The notes beneath the pieces are model-generated. The model had not been told where the DNA came from and ran no database searches. It was given only the letters and a program-made list of their open reading frames with translations. A program made the translations under genes and the position numbers. This document shows positions 51,901-63,359 of a stretch of 64,000 bases of DNA, in pieces. The stretch lies in assembly GCA_012026655.1 (NCBI GenBank), contig JAAILG010000889.1, positions 1-64,000 on the forward strand. Direction: 5' to 3'. The first letter of the stretch is position 1. Each line of letters begins with the position of its first letter. This DNA comes from Hydrolagus affinis (taxonomy: Eukaryota).

Positions 51901-53360
51901 TGAAAACTGTACTTTGGCTAGGATGTTTCTTTAAAGTTACTGAGACAGTTAAACGCAGGGCGGCTAGAGGGAAACTGAACATGTGCTTTCCACCAAACTG
52001 CTCATTCGTATCAGTGAATTAACTAACTTATTGCTTGATATTTGCTCAGGAAATTAATTAAATTTGAAGGAGTACCTGAATCTTTGAGTTTCCCTCCAAG
52101 AAACAGTTTTTGTTCTCCCAAACTTTTCAATTCCAGACTTCAGTATTCAGGCCCTGGCAGCCTGATCGAAACTTTGGGTTTTGATCCAGAGCGTGAAATG
52201 CTGGCAGCCCCTTAAAAGTTATTTATTGATTTGGGAAATGGAGGTGGGAGGGAAGCTGCAAGGAAAAGAGTTCTGACTGCCAAGAAGCCATGTTTGAGGC
52301 TGGATGTTGAAACATCCTGAAGACGATATGATAAAATCAACTTTGTGTGAATACTTGACAATTATACCAGTGTCTGCGTGTTGCAGGAAGCTCAAATAGC
52401 ATGGGTACCTCGCCTAAGATTAAATGGTTCAATCAATCCAGGTGATTCCAGTGCAGTGATTCACGCATGTTGTTTATATGAATGGTTGAAAATGCTGTTC
52501 AGAATGAATAGAATTCCAGCAGTGGAAAGTAGTAGCTAGTTACACACAGTGGAAACAGAACTTAATCGAGTTTTCCTCTTGAAATGGAGAAGAAATCGTC
52601 ATGATCAACATCTGTTCTGAAGGGATTAATTTACCATCCAATATGCTACTGAATCCCTTAATTAATAGCATATCGTTTTTGCTGCTGTAACTGTAGACAA
52701 CCTTTACATTTCTCCCATTTTTGAGTAAGATAGTCGCTTGCGGTTTACTTTAAAAGTCAAGTATTAGTTTAAATAACTTCCAATTTAACTGAAAAGAGAA
52801 AGATCTTTTGAGAAACAGTTCCTAAAATTTATAGAATTGTGTGCTTTTAAACCGCTTTTTAAATGTTTTTTCTTTTGCACTGTGCCTGTCTTGCTGACAT
52901 TTGTGCCTTTTGTCATAATTTTGAATAAAGGTTTTAGAAAAGTTAAATGGGTGGTAGCGGTACCTATTTCTCAAAGGTAATGTTAAAAATTTCTCAATGT
53001 GGTGTCTACCCCAATTTCAAAACTGTCAACCTTTCAGTGTGGAAAGGCTTCAGTTTTCTCAAATATGACATGGTTCCTGGTTTGAGCTTTACGTGTTGAT
53101 GTTTGGTTTAACCATTTAACTAAATTTGTTTAAATTTCCCTTTAGTATTCAGACAGAAAATAGAATGTCATATTGGATCTTATTTGTTGCTTTTAAATCC
53201 ATCTTATGTCTGAACAGAAGTGACCATGCATTACAGAATAGGTGCTTCACTTCCCAAGCGTGCCTACGTTGTGAAGTAACGTGTGTTTAGCCATACTCCA
53301 GTGTTTGTTCATTGAAGTGTCTTAGTTTTGATCAACTTACAATTGACTTTTGTCTTACAG

Positions 53361-53509
53361 CAGTGAGTAGTAGAATGCCCGCAGGACCGAACGCTTCCTC
53401 CCACACTACAACTCCCCCCACACCTCAGACGCGTACCCAAACTCCAAGCCCAGTCGTTTCTCCCTCGTCAATGCTGCCTCTCTATCCTTCAGTCGAAATT
53501 GACGCGCAG
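53361..53509 (+). CDS. ANKHD1: ANKHD1 exon 16
   Basis: ttacag|CAG (tandem acceptor)...CAG|gtgggt; VSSRMP...PLYPSVEIDAQ. Confidence 0.93.
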
Positions 53510-54139
53510 GTGGGTCACTTTGTGAGTATATCTTGTATGTGTTTGTATTCGCATGGCAAGGGGAACCTTAAACTGTAGAATTCTTTTTATTGAGAACCTG
53601 AACGGAGAATTGTACATCAGTGCGCTACAATGATTGGGAAGCTGAGCAGAGCAAATGAGAAGTCAGAATAAGCGATTTCATAAATAAATAAATAAAATTA
53701 CAAAAGGGATAGTGAGGTGGGAATGTCTATAGTTTTAAGAAGTTTTCTCATCGATGTAGTCTCAGAACAGCTATAGTTGAGTTCTTTATCTTCCTTTAGA
53801 CATCTTTCACGTCATCCTCCCGACCGGAAAGCTCTGTATAAATATAATTTTGTTGTTGTTGTTTGAAGCTCACTTTAACAGAACAGGAAATGGCTTTTCT
53901 GTTGAGGTGGTGCACCAGCATGCATGACACTTCCGTTAGACTAGAGAGATGCGAATGGAAAATATCAAACCGTAGCGGGAAAGATAGCCATACAAACATA
54001 ACTAACTTCACAATGCTAGAAAAAGAACTTTGGTTTAAAGGTACAACCTTTCATAAATATTTCTAACAGGTTGTGCGTGAGTGTAATATTGTAACATATG
54101 CAATTAGGATGTAGTGTTTTAACTCTTTTTTTTGTTTAG

Positions 54140-54251
54140 ACTGAGAGTAACCACGACACTGCGTTAACGTTAGCTTGTGCTGGAGGACATGAAGAACTTG
54201 TGTCGGTGTTAATAGCACGTGGTGCTAACATTGAACATAGAGATAAAAAAG
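54140..54251 (+). CDS. ANKHD1: ANKHD1 exon 17 (start of ankyrin cluster 2)
   Basis: tttag|ACT...G|gtacct; TESNHDTALTLACAGGHEELVSVLIARGANIEHRDKK. Confidence 0.96.
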
Positions 54252-54552
54252 GTACCTGTCTGTTGTCCATGTATTTGAATTTCTAAACAAGGTTTTTGAA
54301 GATGTAGCTTGCATATTTTTGCGGGTCAAATCTCTAGCATATTCCTATTCTACAGCTCACTGTAATTAGTCTTGGTAATGGATAATGATATAGCAGCATT
54401 ATGTACGTACCGTTGCGGCTGCGATCAAGAGTTCAGTGGTGGGAATTGCCCTAAAGCATTGTGATGGTTTAAGGAAGACCTCTAGCACTGACTGACTGAC
54501 AAATTCATTATTTATGACTTTCTTTGCTTAACTATTTTGTGTGTCTGGTTAG

Positions 54553-54698
54553 GTTTCACTCCGCTTATTTTGGCTGCCACTGCTGGTCACGTTGGGGTAG
54601 TGGAAATCCTATTGGACAAAGGTGCAGACATTGAAGCGCAATCAGAACGTACCAAGGATACTCCCTTATCGTTAGCTTGCTCTGGCGGAAGGCAAGAG
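54553..54698 (+). CDS. ANKHD1: ANKHD1 exon 18 (ankyrin)
   Basis: gttag|GT...GAG|gtgagg; FTPLILAATAGHVGVV...SGGRQE. Confidence 0.96.
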
Positions 54699-54834
54699 GT
54701 GAGGGAATGTCTACCCCAAAATACAATGAATGGAGTATGATTTCAATAGATCATATTTTGTGGAATTAAACATTTTCCTAGTTATCAAATAACTAGTTGT
54801 TTAACAACTTCTAAAAAGATTAAATATTGTCATT

Positions 54835-55010
54835 TAAAAATAAATAAAAAATTTGGTGACTCAATCCATAACTGTTTCAGGGCACTGCTATGTGCACTGG
54901 CTGCTATGTTTCCTCCACAAAGTATAGTCAATTGAGTATATTCGGTGAGCGCTTTGAAATGTCTCGACGATAAGCCGCTATATTAAAATCTGAGGAATAC
55001 TATTATTGCT
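54835..55010 (+). mobile_element. SINE family A fragment in intron 18
   Basis: Degenerate core and tail. Confidence 0.7.
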
Positions 55011-55307
55011 CCAGACAGTTGAAGCTTTATACAATCAAGCTAACCATAGGCTATTACAGGGGAGTACATTTTAAGTCAACGTTTTGACTCCTCATTTCCA
55101 AATGAACTACCTTTCAAATTCTAAGATGCAAAAGTTTTCAGTGCAGCACTTAAAATTATAGTTTTTTTTAAAAAAAATCTGAATAATATGCTGTAATTTT
55201 ACACTTATTTAAAAACCATACTTGGTAAAGCATTACATTCTTTATAAGGAATTTTAAATCCATTTTGAATCCTCTAAATTTTTCTTAACACCTGTATCTT
55301 GACTTAG

Positions 55308-55450
55308 GTGGTGGAGTTGCTGCTGGCTCGCGGGGCAAACAAAGAGCATCGCAACGTTTCTGATTACACGCCTCTGAGCCTCGCTGCTTCTGGTGGCTAT
55401 GTTAACATTATCAAGATTCTTCTGAATGCTGGAGCAGAAATTAATTCCAG
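55308..55450 (+). CDS. ANKHD1: ANKHD1 exon 19 (ankyrin)
   Basis: cttag|GTG...AG|gtaatg; VVELLLARGANKEHRNVSDYTPLSLAASGG. Confidence 0.96.
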
Positions 55451-56424
55451 GTAATGTAGTGCACTACATTTCATTTCTACCCCCTCACCCCCACCACGCT
55501 CACTGATAGGCTTTTTGGAGTGTGTAGCTGACATTTGCTTTAGTGTTTAGTTTTAGTAACATAGATTGCTCTTGGTTGAAGGTGCAACTAGTGTGCAGTT
55601 CGTTTGCTACGAAGACTTCCTTGATACCTCAATGAATTGAGTTTGAGGTGACTTGAGTTGGGGGTAGGGAATATATAGAGAAGAGCCAAGGTGCACAAAG
55701 CCGTAGCCAGAGGATCAGGCCATACGTCTTCTGAAGTGACTGTAGAGAAAGAACAAGAGTATGGGAAGCAGAAAGTGTGTTTACTGGTTGAGATATTGTG
55801 CTCCAATGTAACTCACTCCTGCCCCACAACTGCACTCTGCTTCAGTATGTTCCTAAAATGGGCTGCCTGGAAATGGCATCAGCATAGACTGTCCACTTTG
55901 ATTGGGAGATTCCTGCATGCCAGGCTTCCTTTCACACCCAAGGTCATCGTGAAAGCAAAGCAAGATGAAGTGAGAGAATTTCAATTCACTTTAGCCACAA
56001 TAACTCATGTTCCTCGGATCTCTGCTCTTCCGGCAGCTTAGTACTACTGCAAGTATTTCCTTGGTGGCTTTTTGCGCACTTGAAAGATTTTGCTGAGTGA
56101 AAGACGGAAGCAATTGAACATTTTGAACCAAGGTTATATGATGGTGCTGATTATGTAACAGAGTAATTTGCATCCATTTTTAAGTTTTGATTTAATTAAG
56201 TTTATACCAGCTGCTGTTTTTTTTTCTTTCCCAACCGGAGTTTACCTTCTTCATTGCCTGATTGTGTGGTTTTATTTTTACAGAATTATGCAACCAGAAT
56301 TCTCTTGCAGGCATTCCTGTGATTTTTAGTTTTGAGGCAGTGGCTGCACGTGAGATCACTGAACCAAATAGTTTCACTGAAACATTGTAAACACGAGATT
56401 CCTAACGTGTTTATCCTGTTGCAG

Positions 56425-56638
56425 GACTGGCAGCAAACTGGGGATTTCTCCTCTGATGTTGGCTGCAATGAATGGCCATGTGGCATCAGTCAAACTGCTC
56501 CTTGATATGGGCTCTGACATCAATGCCCAGATTGAGACCAATCGAAACACTGCCCTTACCCTGGCCTGTTTCCAAGGTCGTGCAGAAGTTGTCAGCCTAC
56601 TGTTGGATAGGAAGGCAAATGTTGAGCACAGAGCAAAG
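56425..56638 (+). CDS. ANKHD1: ANKHD1 exon 20 (ankyrin)
   Basis: ttgcag|G...AAG|gtaact; TGSKLGISPLMLAAMNGH...VEHRAK. Confidence 0.96.
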
Positions 56639-56707
56639 GTAACTTTTTAATCTTGTGGTCTTCTTCTGAGGGCGCTGTTTTTATACTTAAGAATGTTTGA
56701 AAATGAA

Positions 56708-56905
56708 GTTATAATAAACCTTGCATTTGATTTAGCGTTTTTCACGTCTAGTAGACGTCTCAAAGCGCTTCACAGAATGTACTATAAAGTGAATTGACTG
56801 TATATTTGTGGGCGAAACGTAGCAACCAATTGTGCACAGCAGAGTCCACAAATAGTTGTGGATTTGTTATTAGGTTTTTTTCTTGAAGGATTATCAGTCA
56901 TGTGG
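56708..56905 (-). mobile_element. SINE family A fragment, antisense, in intron 20
   Basis: Reverse complement of the family tail and core: CCTTGCATTTGATTTAGCG..AAAGCGCTTCACAGAAT..CCAATTGTGCACAGCAG. Confidence 0.85.
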
Positions 56906-57372
56906 ATTAATATTAAATTTTATTAAATTTATAAAGTTGTATTAAAATTCAATCAGCATCCAGTGTTGAATATGTCCCTGAAAATTTGTTACTTATATTA
57001 GTACCGTTTCTGGCCAAATTATCTCACTGGATTGGTGCGTGTGATGACCGACCTTCAAGATGTGCATGTTCATAAGCCTTTTGTCAACAATGCAAAAAGA
57101 TGCACAATTCCGATAATCATGGAAAACCTACAAAAGAGCCTATGCTATTTGGATACCGTGGGTAATGTTCTGGCTCCTCCTAATTTGCCAATCCAATGCA
57201 GCAAAGTTTAAAACGGTCAATCTGTTGCTGATGATTGCAAACTGTGATCAAATTGTTATAACTCGGTGGTAGATTAGTGCCTAAAGTTATTCCAAATAAT
57301 TTGATACTTGCAGGCGTATCACTTGTAATATCTGCCACATAGAGCCGGCTAACTGCACATGTTTCTGTTTAG

Positions 57373-57548
57373 ACTGGTCTGACACCCCTAATGGAAGCTG
57401 CCTCCGGAGGCTATGCAGAGGTAGGGAGGGTGCTGCTCGACAAAGGTGCTGATGTTAATGCACCACCAGTGCCTTCATCAAGGGATACGGCTTTAACCAT
57501 AGCAGCAGACAAGGGTCACTACAAATTCTGTGAACTGCTGATAAACAG
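57373..57548 (+). CDS. ANKHD1: ANKHD1 exon 21 (ankyrin)
   Basis: tttag|ACT...AG|gtactg; TGLTPLMEAASGGYAEVGRVLLDKG...KFCELLIN. Confidence 0.96.
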
Positions 57549-57688
57549 GTACTGTTGTTGAACTTGAATGATCGATATTTGTTTTTGCATTGGTCTAATA
57601 CAAAGTTTTATTGTTGGTTGATGAGAGACTATTTTGGATCAAAATAATTCTGAGTAGGAACTGATTTTCTGGATTTACATTGTTGCAG

Positions 57689-57851
57689 AGGGGCTCACAT
57701 TGATGTTCGCAACAAGAAAGGGAACACACCCCTGTGGCTGGCAGCAAACGGCGGTCATTTTGATGTGGTCCAGCTATTAGTGCAGGCTGGTGCTGATGTG
57801 GACGCAGCAGACAATAGGAAAATCACACCCCTGATGGCAGCTTTCCGTAAG
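57689..57851 (+). CDS. ANKHD1: ANKHD1 exon 22 (ankyrin)
   Basis: ttgcag|A...AAG|gtaatt; GAHIDVRNKKGNTPLWLAANGG...AFRK. Confidence 0.96.
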
Positions 57852-58234
57852 GTAATTGGAATTGCCTTCATTAAATATCTGTAAAGAATGCAACAAATCA
57901 CTGTTTTTAATCCACTCATCTCTGTCCATAAGTAGAATGTGTGAACATTTTCCATTAAACTTTTTAAAAACTTTTCAATAACTACATTGCATTATAAGCC
58001 AAATGAAATTGAATGAAAACTGTTTCAAGATGAGAAGAATGTTTTTCTAAGTGCAAAGCTGTTCAATTTGATCTGCTTTACGAGCAGCAGAAAGTTGTCT
58101 TATAACAGTCGGATGGGACTCAATGTTCTTGATGCAAGTCAAGTTAGATTTAGATAATGCTTTGGAGGTTTATAAAAATGTACTACAGTGTCTCAATAGC
58201 AGCTATTGCTAACAGATTGTTTTATTCTCTTCAG

Positions 58235-58330
58235 GGACATGTGAAAGTAGTGCAGTACTTGGTGAAAGAGGTGAATCAATTTCCATCTGACATTGAATGT
58301 ATGAGATACATAGCGACCATTACTGATAAG
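58235..58330 (+). CDS. ANKHD1: ANKHD1 exon 23
   Basis: cttcag|GGA...AAG|gtgagc; GHVKVVQYLVKEVNQFPSDIECMRYIATITDK. Confidence 0.96.
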
Positions 58331-58816
58331 GTGAGCACTTCCTGCATTGCACAAGAATTGTGTACACTGGAAAGAATAATGCACTCTTTTGATCTTGTGT
58401 TTTAGTCCTGTATTTGCACCAATGTTTTCACTTGCATTTTTAAAATTGGAGACCTGAGGAAGAATACACTAAAATCACTGCCAATGGCCAAAGTGTAATT
58501 GTTCATATATTTCTGTATATTGCTGTGTATTGGTATCTGTCTGCCATATTAACCACATTTTCCTTGCACCCCCATTTCTATGGAACATTGGCGAATTCAG
58601 TTCAAAATCAGTTGCTTGATATATGTACCCAGGTGTTGACTTCAATTCAGTGACACTCTGTGTTGCCTTTATCTTCCTGGCAATATTTATATTCTAATAT
58701 AAAGCCCACAAAGTGTTCAGTTTACTTTAGTTATTTATTTCTGAATAAGTGTCACCACCCTCGCTCTTCCTCCCCGCTCCCCAAAACACACATTTAATTG
58801 GAATTTCTTATTCTAG

Positions 58817-58933
58817 GAACTGCTCAAGAAGTGTCACCAGTGCATGGAAACCATAGTCAAAGCAAAAGACCAACAAGCAGCTGAAGCAAATAAGAACGCA
58901 AGCATCCTGCTCAAAGAGCTGGACTTAGAAAAG
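58817..58933 (+). CDS. ANKHD1: ANKHD1 exon 24 (coiled coil)
   Basis: ttctag|GAA...AAG|gtagga; ELLKKCHQCMETIVKAKDQQAAEANKNASILLKELDLEK. Confidence 0.96.
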
Positions 58934-59220
58934 GTAGGAGTTCACTCCTAATGATGGACACTTATTTCAACATTAAGTATACTGCTGATAGAACTTCCAA
59001 AGTTAACACCAATGGAACGGGTTGAAATGTATTATCTTTTATTTGTGTTTTGCCATGCGCTAGATTTCTGAATTTTTTTTTAGGAGAGTGCTCTCTGGCT
59101 TTGTCTCCTTTCCGATTTGTTCCGTCTTGTTAATTTGTGAAAATGTGTGCGTTTTTTAAAGAGACTGCGTTGTTGAGAATTAAGCGGTCGTCCTATCACC
59201 AAACGGTTTTGCCTTTGCAG

Positions 59221-59386
59221 TCAAGAGAAGAAAGCAGAAAGCTTGCCCTTGCAGCAAAGAGAGAAAAGAGAAAGGAAAAGAGAAAGAAGAAGAAAGAAGA
59301 ACAGAAACGGAAACAAGAGGAGGAAGAAGCCAGAGTGAAGGAGTGTTCAGAGAAACAGCAAACTCCAGAAAAAGACAGATATGAAG
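59221..59386 (+). CDS. ANKHD1: ANKHD1 exon 25 (basic, NLS-like), with a GC donor
   Basis: ttgcag|TCA; SREESRKLALAAKREKRKEKRKKKK. The 3' end is inferred from the phase-1 requirement: AAG|gcatgt. Confidence 0.85.
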
Positions 59387-59487
59387 GCATGTGAATTTGA
59401 TTTGAATTTCGCTTACATTGTCAAAGTTGCGGCCCTGCTCGGACATTTAAAGCAATTTCCCTGACGTATGTTCTGTTGTTTCCGTAG

Positions 59488-59938
59488 TTGAGGAAGTGGT
59501 GCCTATAGAACCTCCCAGTGCAACTACAACAACCACAATTGGTATCTCAGCAACTTCCGCCACCTTCACCAGTGCTTACGGGAAAAAGAGAGCTAATGTG
59601 GTGACAACCCCAAGTACTAACAGGAAAAACAAGAAAAACAAAACAAAAGATTGTTCCCAGGGTGTGCAAATCATATTGGAGGATCAACACATGTCTATAG
59701 CACAACAGAAGGCTGATAAAAATAAAATTAATGGAGAGCCTCGGGGCGGTGGTGTTGGAGGGAACAGCGATTCAGATAATGTTGACAGTACAGACTGCAA
59801 TAGTGAGTGCAGTAGCGGTGGTAAAAGCCAAGAGCTCAACCTAATCGCTGACTTCCACAACTATAATGACCAGAAGTTGTACTCTTCACGAAATGAAAAG
59901 TCTAATACCACAACATCAGAGAATCCAAATCATACAAG
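59488..59938 (+). CDS. ANKHD1: ANKHD1 exon 26
   Basis: ccgtag|TT...AG|gtttgt; VPIEPPSATTTTTIGISAT...GNSDSDN. Confidence 0.93.
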
Positions 59939-60060
59939 GTTTGTCTGGCATAATGTGGCTAGCTTCAATCTGCTATTTGTTTTTTTGGGGAAAGGGGGCA
60001 GTTAGATCTTTTTTCATGTTGGTATTTTGAATCTATGTGTAATGGGTGCTTGTTCTTCAG

Positions 60061-60216
60061 GCTGCATGATAACACCAGTGAAACGAGCTCTTCCTCCCTG
60101 TCTGCAAGTCACAAGTCCACTTCACTGCCACTGTCCTCCCCAACTGGAAAGATGAATTTAACCAGCCCAAAGCGAGGTCAAAAGAGAGAAGATGGCTGGA
60201 AAGAGGTTGTAAGAAG
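60061..60216 (+). CDS. ANKHD1: ANKHD1 exon 27
   Basis: cttcag|G...AG|gtaagt; LTSPKRGQKREDGWKEVVR. Confidence 0.95.
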
Positions 60217-61202
60217 GTAAGTCTTTCCATTTAATGAAGTTGGATTCAGTTTACAGTTTGCGCTTTAGTACATTTGCATCGTTAACCGTAACATCAAATC
60301 GAGAGCAGCCTTTCTAATATAGTTAAAATATCTCACTTGCATGAAAATAACTTTCTAATTTAACCGATGTATTGCTGTATTTATGTTCTAAACGTTGTTA
60401 TTAGTGTTTGTGATGTAAGGCTTGTTGTGACAAGAATCCCATTGGTGTGGCTTAAATCCTAAAATATGAGTTCTGCCTTGTCCTGACAGTTATATAACAG
60501 GTACTTGGCTTGATACCAGTAAGTCCTCTAGACAAATGATATAGACATTTGTCTATATCATGTTATACTGTCTGTCTGCAACACTTTTACCAAGGCAAAA
60601 TGGAGCTCATTTTATGAGATTTGGGATTGTTAAATAATTCAACTACAGTCCTTCCAAATAGTTTTACTAATGGTCTAAACATTTGTTGTGGATATACAAC
60701 TATCCAGGAAAAGGGGCTGCTTTTGTTGCTTTTAATGTCTTTCCAACTAGAAACCAAGTTGATCGTAAAGTTAACCTACTAGCTGCCTCAGAGTATTCAG
60801 CAAAATGAAGGTTAGCATGAATGCCAATTGACAGCTGCAAAAGAGGAGTGGTTGAACTTTAGCTGGATGTATTAATTGAATGCCGATGTTTGCTATGATT
60901 CATTTATGGTGAGACATTGCCTTAATAAGAGCTGAGCGATCAAGAAATTACTTGTCGCATAGTAACTCACATTTTATTTATTTGATGTGGGATAATTGTT
61001 GGATCTGAAATGGTAATCACAGATAAGTAGCATAATAATTGCTATAGCATTTTACAGGAGCCTTTTAAAACCTCAAAAGTTTTAAAGTCTACTGTTACTG
61101 CGAGAATATTTATTGTGTTTTAAGAGATTGGAATCCTTGATTATGGAAGTATACTTATTGTAAATGTTGTTTTTCCTATATGTGTAGAATTGCTTTGACC
61201 AG

Positions 61203-61352
61203 ATCAAAGAAACTTTCGGTACCAGCGTCCGTGGTTTCAAGGATAATGGGACGAGGGGGATGCAATATAAGTGCGATCCAAGATGTCACTGGTGCTCACA
61301 TTGATGTTGACAAACAGAAAGACAAGAATGGAGAACGAATGATAACAATCAG
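61203..61352 (+). CDS. ANKHD1: ANKHD1 exon 28 (KH domain with GXXG loop; missed by the ORF track)
   Basis: accag|A...AG|gtaatt; SKKLSVPASVVSRIMGRGGCNISAIQDVTGAHIDVDKQKDKNGERMITI. An alternative in-frame acceptor lies at 61188. Confidence 0.92.
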
Positions 61353-61722
61353 GTAATTCCAAATGACATTATTACAGGCTGTGCTGTGCTTGTTCAGTCA
61401 CTTCATCCCTACCCTCTCTACCAACCACCCCTACTGATCCCAGTTCCCAGCCCGGATCCAAATCCCTGACTATGATGCCTTGGGACATCCTCTGACATGG
61501 AAGGTGTTATACAAATGTAATTTGTTATTGTTGTTCTGGCCGCTGCCAGCCCCATTTGTGGTCCTGTTAGGGAGAGGGGTAATCTACCAATGGCCTCCAG
61601 GGCTAACATTTCTATATCTCAGGCTGTTGATTGTTTGATTAGCAGAACCCAATATTTAACTTATTGGGTACAAATCTTTTTTTTCCCCCACTTGTGAAAC
61701 GTTTATGTCGCTCTGTTCCCAG

Positions 61723-63359
61723 GGGAGGTACAGAATCCACAAGACATGCAGTGCAGCTGATCAACGCACTCATTCAAGATCCCACCAAGGAACTTGAGGA
61801 TTTGATTCCCAGGAATCATATCAAAAGTGTCACAGCCAACACCAGAATGGGATCCACAACTGCCACAACTACAGCCAGTACCACAACTGCCGGGAACAGG
61901 ATAACCGTCTCAATGATCTCCTCATCGATAACTGCATCGCAGTCCACAGCCTCGTCTGCATCATTACAATCCATCAACAAACCTACTAAAAACATTGTAG
62001 CAAACAACATGCGTCCTACATTTTCAGTTTCGCTTCCTTTGGCTTATTCACATCCTCAGCTGGCACACGCTTTGCTGGCGGCTCAGACCATCCAGCAGAT
62101 CCGGCACCCGCGGTTACCTATGGCGCATTTCGGCGGGACCTTTACCCCATCAGCAAACACATGGGGTCCTTTCCCAGTCAGACCTGTCAGTCCTGGTAGC
62201 ACCAACAGTTCACCCAAACACAGCGCGGCTCGTCTCAACAACCAGGGCGGCGGCGGCGGCATTCACCCCGAGAGTGTGATTTCAGCTTCTCTCAGTTCAC
62301 CTTCTGTGGCTGTGAGCCCTCCCTCCTTCACTACACAGTCCATTTGTGTTACGAGCAACCCGACTCCTTCGTCTGTTCGAAAACAGCTCTTCACCTCGGT
62401 CAACAAAACCAATCCTATGATCTCCGTGACTTCGTCTGTGACCAGCAGCTGCAGTTCATTAACCACAAGCTCAACTTTACCAGTAAGCAACGAACAGCCT
62501 TCCACCCCACCGCCCCCTCCACCACCATCCGCACAGCCCTCTCAGCAGCCCATGCCATTGGCCAAGAGTGAAGCGTTCAGTGCGCCCGCAGCCAAGGAAG
62601 AGGTAGCAACGGCCACAGAACAGTCCACGGGGAACCAGTGCGGCCATTCAAACGTCTGCCCGAGCTCTTCGGCTAACAGCAGTTCTGGAGCAATGGGAAT
62701 ACTGCCCACTATTCTGCCACAGATTTCGGGTCGCAGTTGCTCTGATATTCGTCCTACTTTGCCGAAGCCTTATATTTCAAATCCAGATCACGGATTGGTG
62801 GCCCCAAGTAGCCTAGCATCGACTCGTCCTGTTACCATGTCAGCTGCCCCCAACATTCAGACCAACAACACTTTACCTCAGTTAGCTGCGGCCTCTCCGG
62901 TATCTCACAGAATACAACCTGGTGCTCCTTTCTATCCCCTGGTCCAGCAAGAGCCACAGTCTGTGTTTGTCCCAAACCCAGTCCCCATGGCGTCTGCCCA
63001 AGATCCTATGAAGCAACATGGTGTGCCATCTCCTATGCAGCTCTCGTCTGCACTTGGCATGTTGAATGTTTCTCAGATGCATGGCAATCCAGGAAGCAAA
63101 TCCTTGCCTCCAAATTTCGGATCCACAGCTCTCTTCAGCCCTTTCAACAGTTTCTTCGACAATACCCAGGTCTCGGCAAACCACGTTTGGGGAAGTTGCC
63201 CTCTACCATCGCGGCCACCACAAGATCCAACGTACACCGGTCACTCTAACTACATCAGCAATTCTGTACTTGGACAATTAGACGGTGTACTTCCTCATGA
63301 TAATTCCAAGGCTCCTGGCTTCAGGCCACCTTCCCAGAGGGTGACTTCAAGCCCCACAG
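61723..63359 (+). CDS. ANKHD1: ANKHD1 exon 29 (KH C-terminal helix plus S/P/T-rich region, 1637 nt)
   Basis: cccag|G...G|gtaaga; GGTESTRHAVQLINALIQDP...IRHPRLPMAHFGGTF...KAPGFRPPSQRVTSSPT. Confidence 0.95.

Noticed and set aside
61816-63184. Antisense and alternate-frame ORFs over exon 29
   Set aside because: Shadows of a Ser/Pro/Thr-rich coding exon.
39-63359. Assignment as ANKRD17 (MASK2)
   Set aside because: The N-terminus, exon 15 linker and KH residues match recalled ANKHD1 sequence better.
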